Shown here: piece after piece, positions 1 through 7,568 of the stretch
Layout: each line of letters opens with the position of its first letter
Numbering within the stretch: position 1 is the first letter of the stretch
NCBI GenBank assembly: GCA_048938445.1
Contig: JBHLME010000005.1
Span: 654 to 64,653 of the forward strand
Reading direction: 5' to 3'
DNA: 64,000 nt
Source of the DNA: Promethearchaeota archaeon
GTDB lineage: Archaea > Asgardarchaeota > Lokiarchaeia > Sigyniarchaeales > SOKP01
The notes under the pieces: generated by a model
What the model saw: only the letters and a program-made list of their open reading frames with translations
What the model was told of the DNA's origin: nothing
Databases searched by the model: none
Position numbers and translations under genes: made by a program

Positions 1-4
1 TTTA

Positions 5-553
5 ATGGCAAACATACTTACAGGTGTCTATTTTAATAGAAAAGTAGCTGTTATAAATGATTTAGATTTCTTAAATGAAAGTTTTTTAAAATTCTTTAAA
101 TATGTGCTTCAAGATTCGTTCAAATATGATTTAAATTTCATTCTATCACCAGAATACAATAGAAATAAAAAACAATATAAGAATCATCTAGTTTTAAAAG
201 GAAATGAAGTTGTTTATGATAAGAAAAATATGATTGAGAATAAGAAAGCAAAAATACAGAATACAATAATACAGAGATTTTTCTCTGAGTATGATTCTCA
301 ATCAGGGCTCATTATATTTAAAAATGAGATCACTAAACTCTTTAAATTATCACAAGAACTCATAGAGTTAGATAAAAATCTTAAAAAAAATGAGGATTTC
401 ACTTCTAAAAAAGCAATAATGCATATTAATAAAAAATACAATACTAACGTTACATATCCTTATGTTAGTTTATTGATGGATATCATCAAGCATTATTTCA
501 TGGTGGAATTGAAAAAGGCTTCAGATAGTGGAGATTTACTTGGATTAATTTAA
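5..553 (+). CDS. hypothetical protein
   Basis: 182-aa ORF from track. Lys/Asn-rich with no motif I recognise. The codon upstream of the ATG is open, so the gene may continue past the window edge. Confidence 0.35.
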   Translation: MANILTGVYFNRKVAVINDLDFLNESFLKFFKYVLQDSFKYDLNFILSPEYNRNKKQYKNHLVLKGNEVVYDKKNMIENKKAKIQNTIIQRFFSEYDSQSGLIIFKNEITKLFKLSQELIELDKNLKKNEDFTSKKAIMHINKKYNTNVTYPYVSLLMDIIKHYFMVELKKASDSGDLLGLI

Positions 554-710
554 ATATAAGCCCCAGTTTTCTATATACGTATATCTTTTATATGAATTTT
601 TTTTATGAATAAATTTAATTAAAGTTTAAATTATCCTACATTTATAATAAGGTTTAAATAAATAATCTGTCACTAATATTTTTAAATAATTACTAATAAA
701 GGGAAATTCA

Positions 711-1457
711 ATGGTAGAATTATTTCCAGAAGATTATGTAAATGGAATCATGAGTACAATATCTTTGATTATACCGATGATAATTACAATTCTAATTTTT
801 GTAAGGTATTTTAGATTTAAAAATAAACAGATAATTTACATAGGAATTTCAACGTTCGGAATAAATTGGTCATATAGTGGTACTGTTGCTGCATTTTTTT
901 GGTTGTTTTTCACTAAAACTTCTTTACCAGAACCCATATATTTCATTCTTCCAATATGTGTATATCCTATTACCCTTGGATGTTGGATTTACTTGGTTTT
1001 AGATTTAGCTAAGGTAAAAAAGGCCAAGTTACTTGGATTAATGACTTTTATCATCGTATTAATCCTTGATATAACATATATTTATTTGGCGTTCACTCAA
1101 ACATCATTACTTGGTGAAATTGTAGAAGGAAGAAATATTGATGTTAAATTCTATGGGTATGCTGCTCTTTATTCACTTATCTCCCTAGGAATCGTTTGGT
1201 TAGGATTAATTATATTCTTAAGGGATGTTTTCAAATCTGTTTCAAAAGAACTCAAAGTTAGGGGAACTTTACTATTAGTAGCGCTCATCATTTTTTCTCT
1301 TGCCGTTAGTTTTGACTCTTGGGTTGATTTAAACATCCCTCAATTAATTGGAGTAAGAACGTTTGTAATAATATCTGCTATTATATCCTATCTTGGTTGG
1401 TTTTTACCAGAACCAATAAAAAGACGTTTAATGAAAGAAAAAAACACGAAAGAATGA
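711..1457 (+). CDS. 7-TM membrane protein, tandem paralog A
   Basis: 248 aa with seven hydrophobic helices. First helix is followed by RYFRFKNK. Shares IYIGIS, CWIY, FLRDVFKSVSKELK and C-terminal YLGWFLPEP blocks with the next gene. Confidence 0.6.
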   Translation: MVELFPEDYVNGIMSTISLIIPMIITILIFVRYFRFKNKQIIYIGISTFGINWSYSGTVAAFFWLFFTKTSLPEPIYFILPICVYPITLGCWIYLVLDLAKVKKAKLLGLMTFIIVLILDITYIYLAFTQTSLLGEIVEGRNIDVKFYGYAALYSLISLGIVWLGLIIFLRDVFKSVSKELKVRGTLLLVALIIFSLAVSFDSWVDLNIPQLIGVRTFVIISAIISYLGWFLPEPIKRRLMKEKNTKE

Positions 1458-1506
1458 TATTTTTAACAATTTGAAATTAGTATGAGATAAAATTCTAATT
1501 TTTAAA

Positions 1507-1519
1507 TTTTTTTTTTTTT
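1507..1519 (+). terminator. oligo-T tract (13 T) downstream of 711..1457
   Basis: T13 run 50 nt after the stop codon. Archaeal RNA polymerase terminates at oligo-T tracts. Confidence 0.35.
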
Positions 1520-1630
1520 ATTTCAATAACTATAAAATATCAATGTTTTTTTCCTTCTGAACTCGTTAACAATAATATTTATATATTTTAAAATAAATAA
1601 TTATTTTTAAAAAAAAGGGTTTAAGGTTAA

Positions 1631-2359
1631 ATGACTTTAGTACCATTAGATTATCTAAATGGAATTACAGCTTTAATTCATTTTTCTATAGCAGTTGCAT
1701 TCGTAGTTATCATAATTTCAAGATATTTTAAATATAAAAATAAAATGTTAATTTACATCGGAATTTCAATTTTAGGTTTAGTATGGCTTTACAGTTCTAC
1801 AGTCATCTCTTTTTTATGGCAAGCTATTACGGGATATCCATTTTTACAAGAAATATACTTAATCCTTGGAATTTGTATCGCGCCAATTACAATGCCATGC
1901 TGGATATACGTTGTTCTATCACTTGCACACGCTAAAGATGTAAAATTTTATGTTTTACTAGTATTTATTTTAATCTTAACTCTTTATATCCTATTTATCC
2001 TCTTGACTTTTACTCGACCTGAAATAGTTGGAGAAAAGTTAGGAAATATTGATATTCAATTTAAGGGCTATGGAGTCTTCTATTTCTTGGTAAATATGAC
2101 CATAGTTTATGCAGGATTCATAATATTTATGAGAGATACCTTTAAATCTGTTTCCCCAGAACTTAAACTTAAAGGATTATTTATTTCTCTTGGGCTGATA
2201 ACTTTTACAGTTGCAGCTACATTAGATGGTTGGTTTGATTTACCTGAAATTCCATTAATTATAACAAGGATTAGCGAAATAATCTCAAGTATTTTAGCGT
2301 ATATCGGATGGATTATGCCAGAATCAGTAAAAAAGGTCCTACTGAGAAAAGAAACTTAA
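1631..2359 (+). CDS. 7-TM membrane protein, tandem paralog B
   Basis: 242 aa, collinear with 711..1457 (RYFKYKNKMLIYIGIS, CWIY, FMRDTFKSVSPELK, YIGWIMPES). Its 3' end overlaps convergent pncB by 21 nt. Confidence 0.6.
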   Translation: MTLVPLDYLNGITALIHFSIAVAFVVIIISRYFKYKNKMLIYIGISILGLVWLYSSTVISFLWQAITGYPFLQEIYLILGICIAPITMPCWIYVVLSLAHAKDVKFYVLLVFILILTLYILFILLTFTRPEIVGEKLGNIDIQFKGYGVFYFLVNMTIVYAGFIIFMRDTFKSVSPELKLKGLFISLGLITFTVAATLDGWFDLPEIPLIITRISEIISSILAYIGWIMPESVKKVLLRKET

Positions 2360-3781
2360 CTTATTAGTTTTTTTTTTCCATATTTTTCTATCAACATGAG
2401 ATTGGATTAATCGTGTTCTAAGTTCATACAAAGACTTACTAATGCTTACTTTGTATTTTTTAGGATCCAGAAGTCTTTTTGAATCTTCGGAGAGGTGATT
2501 AATGTCAATTTCCATCGTTTGCCTTGCTTCACGCCAGTTTCCTAACTTTCCTTGTATTTTTCCTTTATCAACTTTCATTTTTAACAATGTTTCTATCCTA
2601 GATGGACCGGAAAGCTTGTAATACCTCATTGGATTTAGCGGATCATAAACAATGTCTTCCTCAAGAGTATCTTTTTCTACAAGTTCCATTACATCCCCAG
2701 TCATTAAATCATCATCATCATAAAGACGATATACTTGCTTTTTAGAAGGAATGGTAATTTTTTCAACTTCATTTGCAACTTTAATCTTTGGTTGTTTATC
2801 CAGGGATACAAGTTTATACACGCCCCCAAGCGCAGGATCATCATAACAAGTAGCTAATTTTGTTCCTATACCCCAAATATCCACTGATCCACCATGTGTC
2901 TTTATCTCTCTGATGAGGTGTTCATCAATATCACTAGAAACAACAATCTTAGTATCTTTGAGACCTGCTTCGTCAAGTAATTTCCTTACTTCTTTACTAA
3001 AATATGTAAGATCACCTGAATCGATTCTCACACCAAATAATTGTTTTCCCTTAGCTTCAAGTTCTTTTCCTACTATGATTGCATTTTTACACCCTTCAAC
3101 AATGTCATATGTATCAATTAATAAGATACAAGCATCAGGATATACATTCGCGTATGCTCTGAATGATTCTAACTCGGAATCAAATGCCATCACCCAAGAA
3201 TGGGCTTGAGTACCTTGAATGTCCATGCCATATATTTTACCGGCTAAAACGTTTGAGGTCCCTGAGCATCCACCCACCAAGGAAGCTTCACTTGCAGCCA
3301 ATCCACCATTTGGACCTTGAGCTCTTCGCAATCCAAATTCTAATATTGGTTGTTTTTCAGAGGCTAACCACATTCTATTAGCTTTGGTAGCACATAACGT
3401 GGAAAAATTGAAACTATTTAATAAAAAAGTTTCTATTAATTGGCATTGTATAAGTGGACCTTCAACTTCCATTATAGGCTCATGTGGAAAAATGATTCTA
3501 CCATCATCCATTGCACGAATGGTTAATTCGCATTTCCATTTCGCTAAATACTCTAAAAATTCATCTGAAAATATTTTTTGTTGTTTGAGAAAGAGAATAT
3601 CTTCTTCAGAAAAATGCATCTCACATATATTTTTTATAGCTTTGTTTATCCCATAACAAATTGCGTATGCACCTTTAAATGGAGCAGTCCTGAAAAACAA
3701 GTCAAATACTGCTTGTTTATGGGCAATTCCTCTTGCAAGATATCCATTAGCCATTGTAAGTTGATAATAATCCGTTAGCAA
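2339..3781 (-). CDS. pncB: nicotinate phosphoribosyltransferase
   Basis: 480 aa. Has N-terminal LTDYYQLTMANGY, GTQAHSW and VRIDSGD blocks typical of NAPRTase. TTG start in track. Confidence 0.85.
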   Translation of the reverse strand: MLTDYYQLTMANGYLARGIAHKQAVFDLFFRTAPFKGAYAICYGINKAIKNICEMHFSEEDILFLKQQKIFSDEFLEYLAKWKCELTIRAMDDGRIIFPHEPIMEVEGPLIQCQLIETFLLNSFNFSTLCATKANRMWLASEKQPILEFGLRRAQGPNGGLAASEASLVGGCSGTSNVLAGKIYGMDIQGTQAHSWVMAFDSELESFRAYANVYPDACILLIDTYDIVEGCKNAIIVGKELEAKGKQLFGVRIDSGDLTYFSKEVRKLLDEAGLKDTKIVVSSDIDEHLIREIKTHGGSVDIWGIGTKLATCYDDPALGGVYKLVSLDKQPKIKVANEVEKITIPSKKQVYRLYDDDDLMTGDVMELVEKDTLEEDIVYDPLNPMRYYKLSGPSRIETLLKMKVDKGKIQGKLGNWREARQTMEIDINHLSEDSKRLLDPKKYKVSISKSLYELRTRLIQSHVDRKIWKKKTNKLSFFSQ

Positions 3782-3861
3782 CTCATATCCATCTATAATT
3801 TTAATTCACCCAAGACTATCTTAAAATAAAATAAAGGATAAAGATATAAAATAATTTTTGC

Positions 3862-4950
3862 TTATTTTTTATTTTTCTTTTTAATTATGATTTTTTTATA
3901 TAGATCATCTATGGTTTCAACAGGTATTTCTTTAGTTTGTTTACTTCTAAGCTGAATAGCTCCTTCAGGGCAAATAACCACGCAATTTCCACAACCTATG
4001 CATCTATTGAGATTTATATTTGCTTTTTCATTAATTAGAGTTATAGCAGTTATCTGACAGCGATCTATACAGTTTCCACATCCTATACACGATTCTGGAT
4101 CAATTTCAGAAAAATAATTAGAAGTGAAGAATTTCACTGGGATAGGTAATCTTTTAAAAGAAGATAAAGCGCCACAACAACAATTACAACAACAACAAAT
4201 CACGTGTGGTTGCACGGTATTACTTACTTGAATTACTAATCCATCATCTTGAGCTTTTTTGACAATATCAAGAACATCATTTTTGTCTATAGATCGACCC
4301 CAACCATTATTTATAAAAAAATCAGCATGCCAACCAAAAGGGAAGCAGGTCTCCCTAAGAGAAGTTTGTTTACATGGTTTTCCAAGGAGTTCCTTTCCAT
4401 TACGACATATGCAGTCGACGACTGCTATTGGTCCATCAAAATTCTCTATTATTTCTCTTATATTTTCATAGTTGGCAACACCTAATTCATGTGTAATGCT
4501 TTCCTCTACAGGAATTGTCCTTAATTGTGTAATTCCAGTCCTATTTAATTCTTTTCCAAAAGCTTCGACTGTATATTTAAAAACATCCTTAAGAAATTCT
4601 TTTGTCAGATTTTTTACTTGATATTCAAACATACCAATTACAAGAACGGCATTAGCATATAATTTTTCTCCATTTTCCATTTTAAAATTGATACATCCTT
4701 TTTTAACCATGACATTTAAAATCTTTTCAAACTCTTCCAGCGAAATCCCTTTATCTATTATTCTACCTTGAATGCTTTCAATAGTCTCAAATGAGAAATT
4801 TAAAAACCGTGCAATTTCTGCTTCTTCTGGAGTAAATAGGTGTTTCAGAATGCGTAATTCGACACCGGATTTTGTAGCAGGAAAACCTATCGCAAATGTA
4901 TAAAGATGCTTTTGTAACTCTCGATAAATATTCGTGTTAGTTGCAGTCAT
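3862..4950 (-). CDS. Fe-S protein with poly-Cys motif and C-terminal 2x[4Fe-4S] ferredoxin domain (paralog 1 of 3)
   Basis: 362 aa. Contains CICRNGKELLGKPC, the run ICCCCNCCCG (nt 4171-4200), then CIGCGNCIDRC and CIGCGNCVVICP ferredoxin motifs. Collinear with 33722..34837. Confidence 0.7.
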   Translation of the reverse strand: MTATNTNIYRELQKHLYTFAIGFPATKSGVELRILKHLFTPEEAEIARFLNFSFETIESIQGRIIDKGISLEEFEKILNVMVKKGCINFKMENGEKLYANAVLVIGMFEYQVKNLTKEFLKDVFKYTVEAFGKELNRTGITQLRTIPVEESITHELGVANYENIREIIENFDGPIAVVDCICRNGKELLGKPCKQTSLRETCFPFGWHADFFINNGWGRSIDKNDVLDIVKKAQDDGLVIQVSNTVQPHVICCCCNCCCGALSSFKRLPIPVKFFTSNYFSEIDPESCIGCGNCIDRCQITAITLINEKANINLNRCIGCGNCVVICPEGAIQLRSKQTKEIPVETIDDLYKKIIIKKKNKK

Positions 4951-5000
4951 TATAATATCAATAAAACTAATTTTTCTTAAAATGATCCATTTAGAATTAA

Positions 5001-5939
5001 TTATAATTTTTCGATTTTTCGAATATTTTTAACTATAAGCATTTGTAAAAAGTTATCTCTTGTTAATTTCCCATTAACTTTTACTTTATCTCCAGGTTTT
5101 ATGTTATTATCATCCTGTAATTTTTCGCTTATTCTCAGATTTAATTTTTCAGTATTGATAATATCATCCTCTCGAAAATCACTCTTTCTATTTATCCTTG
5201 GTCCAAATTTCACACTACTTAAATAAATCACGTAATATACTGTAGAAATCTCTTGAAACACTTGAGTTTTTTGTTCAAGTTTTACAACTTCTCCTTCATA
5301 TATAGTGATACTTTTTTCAATCAGGTCCATTAAAGGAAAATCTTCAGAACTTTCATCGACAAGACTAATTATATTCTCCTCTTCTTTAAAAGATCCTGCT
5401 GAAATTTTTATTGAACTAAGAGATGCTTCAAAATCTTCAGGCAATCTCGTTAAACTCCAATCATCAAGGGAAAACCATCCTTGTTTAAAACTAAAAATAA
5501 ATCCAACCCAAAAGTGATTACATAAGCCCATGTTTGAACCAATTCTACAATCACAGTCACGTTCGGGATTTCCAATATTTTCGGAAGTAATTGATAAATA
5601 GGAAGTGGATTCCCAATTCATTCCTTTAAAACTTATTTCTATTTCATGCTCATCTTGATTAACAATTTTAATATTATCTATTCTTTCCCTGTCCTTTCCA
5701 TTTATTTTTTTAAAAGCTACTTGAATGCCATCCTTGACAATATCTAATTCTTTTTGCTGTATGAGATCATTCATTTCTTCTTCAGAAATTGAATCTAAGA
5801 GAAATTCAATTAGTTCTGATTTTTTAAGTCTAGAAAATCCTTTTATTTTAAAATCCCTACAAATACTTTTTAATCCTTCCACGCTTAAATAGGGTAAGAG
5901 ATAGGTTAATATGGTTCTATCATCAATAGTTCTCTTCAT
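5001..5939 (-). CDS. SWIM zinc-finger protein with Rho_N/SAP-like N-terminus and OB-like C-terminus
   Basis: 312 aa. N-terminal LSVEGLKSICRDFKIKGFSRLKKSELIEFLL (Rho-N/SAP-like helix pair). CDCRIGSNMGLCNH matches the CxCxnCxH SWIM signature. The beta-rich C-terminus (GDKVKVNGKL) is OB-like. Confidence 0.55.
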   Translation of the reverse strand: MKRTIDDRTILTYLLPYLSVEGLKSICRDFKIKGFSRLKKSELIEFLLDSISEEEMNDLIQQKELDIVKDGIQVAFKKINGKDRERIDNIKIVNQDEHEIEISFKGMNWESTSYLSITSENIGNPERDCDCRIGSNMGLCNHFWVGFIFSFKQGWFSLDDWSLTRLPEDFEASLSSIKISAGSFKEEENIISLVDESSEDFPLMDLIEKSITIYEGEVVKLEQKTQVFQEISTVYYVIYLSSVKFGPRINRKSDFREDDIINTEKLNLRISEKLQDDNNIKPGDKVKVNGKLTRDNFLQMLIVKNIRKIEKL

Positions 5940-6140
5940 TTTACTCCTCTTTAAATCATAATATTATTTATTCGAGAATCCTTAAAATAATATTTGCATT
6001 GCGAAAATTAAACTAATAAAATTGATCTTATTAATGTTAAAATTTTAAAATTAAATAAAAGAAAATCTTCATAATTTACTACCGTATTTTTGTTATTTTC
6101 TTTTTTAACAGTTGTTTTTATTTAACATAGGTGTTTAAAT

Positions 6141-6159
6141 ATATAATCTGAGAGGATAG
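6141..6159 (+). repeat. intergenic motif ATATAATCTGAGAGGATAG (copy 1)
   Basis: Near-identical to 6324-6342. A related inverted copy lies at 7483-7497. Confidence 0.35.
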
Positions 6160-6323
6160 AATAAACATAAAATGTAATGAAAAGATTTAAATACAACTTA
6201 AACAATCTTTAATACATTCAAATATGTATTTGAATAAATGGTTTACTCGATACCAAAGAAGCCGAGATAAAGAACATTGACGATTTAGCTCAATGCATTG
6301 AAAAAACGGGGTTTTTTAAGGAA

Positions 6324-6342
6324 TATAATCTGTGAGGATTGC
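6324..6342 (+). repeat. intergenic motif ATATAATCTGTGAGGATTG (copy 2)
   Basis: 16 of 19 positions identical to 6141-6159, same orientation, 183 nt apart. Confidence 0.35.
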
Positions 6343-6419
6343 ATGGATATTAACAATAACCGTAAAATTTAAATAATCAGTGTTCTTTTATTTATTAAAC
6401 TAACGGTGTTAGCTAAGAA

Positions 6420-6635
6420 ATGTCGAAAATTAAAGATGATTATATAAAAGAAAAATTCGGAATGATCAAGTTTGGTGAAGAATCTTCAATTCCTTACATT
6501 GATTTCGAGCGATCCCTGAACTCCTATTTAAAAGATAAGGGTACTCCGCGCTATTCACATTACATGACACAAAAAAATTCTAAAGGAAAATTTATTGATG
6601 ACTTTGAAGAAGGTTTTGAAGAATTCTTCAAATAA
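6420..6635 (+). CDS. small hypothetical protein
   Basis: 71-aa ORF in an otherwise empty intergenic region. Acidic C-terminus, no recognisable motif. Confidence 0.3.
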   Translation: MSKIKDDYIKEKFGMIKFGEESSIPYIDFERSLNSYLKDKGTPRYSHYMTQKNSKGKFIDDFEEGFEEFFK

Positions 6636-6755
6636 TACAAAAATTGTTTAATATATTTTTTATTTCTTTTTATTTTACTTGTTATTTGACTGTTTTATAG
6701 AGAATAAATTTTTTTTTATATGACCTAAACAAGTTCATAAATTCATGAACCTGTT

Positions 6756-7224
6756 TCATTTAAAATTATGGAAATCTATAAATAATGTAAAGGAGAGCAT
6801 TATTATTTTTGGAACTATGTTATGAATGTTAGTATTTCCTTCTATTCTAAATTCATGTAATTTTTTAATAACATCTTGTGTAAGGGTAAAATAATATTTA
6901 CTTGTAATGAATTTATCTTTTAAAATGTCAAGAACCACGATTAATTTAAAAAAAATCTTTCGCTCTCCTTTTATCACTATAATATTTTCTATGTTTTTCT
7001 GAAATGCATTTCGTTAGAATATCTATTAGTAAATTTTCAAGCAATGCTCTTATTAAAATTGGTACGAACTTATATAATTCATTTTCACTATCAGTTGAGT
7101 ATGTATTAAGCGAGTGTATAAATTTATCATAATCAGGTAAATTATAATCATAGAAATTTATATCTACTATTTTTTCCACATTCTTAAGAGATTCATTGAG
7201 GGTAATATTTTTTGATGATTTCAT
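6756..7224 (-). pseudogene. DUF4145/HEPN-like protein split by a frameshift in a T8 run
   Basis: ORFs 6946..7224 and 6756..6977 overlap in different frames at an A8 run (6948-6955, T8 on the coding strand). Removing one T joins ...RRAKDFF to KLIVVLDILKDK..., giving about 155 aa. The distal part carries FRIEGNTNIH (R-x2-GN-x3-H), the DUF4145/HEPN-type motif. Confidence 0.45.
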
Positions 7225-7389
7225 TTTCTTGCGTTTTATTGTTCTATCATTCTTTTTTTATTCATTATATATTTCAAACGTCTAATTCTAAAAGATTAAG
7301 ACATTAAGTATTAAAATTTAATAGATATAAAGTAATAGAAAAAATTCTCTCACATATCACTATCATGCATATAAAAATGATAAACCATG

Positions 7390-7513
7390 AATCCCCCCTG
7401 AGTTTTAAATAATGCATTCTAATTCATCGTGAATTTTTAGATCAGGTCTTTCTCATCGTGATGAATTAAATTCAAAACATTATCCCTCACAATTATGAGA
7501 ATATTTTAAACAT
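7390..7513 (+). repeat. diverged direct repeat, copy A (orphan promoter/5' leader-like segment)
   Basis: AATCCCCCCTGAGTTTTAAATAA (7390-7412) matches 9968-9990 at 21 of 23 positions. Further shared blocks are GAATTTTTAGATC, GGTCTTTCTCATCG and ATCCCTCACAAT. Confidence 0.5.
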
Positions 7514-7543
7514 GTAGTAAACTTCCTAATATTAACAATAAAT

Positions 7544-7554
7544 AAAAAAAAAAA
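7544..7554 (-). terminator. oligo-T tract (T11 on minus strand) after 7569..9683
   Basis: A11 run on the plus strand, 15 nt beyond the stop of the minus-strand gene. Confidence 0.35.
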
Positions 7555-7568
7555 GGAAAAGATTAAGT

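Noticed and set aside
2913-3778. Four plus-strand ORFs (2913..3209, 3163..3381, 3384..3656, 3578..3778) inside pncB
   Set aside because: They are antisense to a well-supported 480-aa NAPRTase gene. Their low-complexity Ser/Leu/Phe-rich translations are typical of shadow ORFs in AT-rich DNA.
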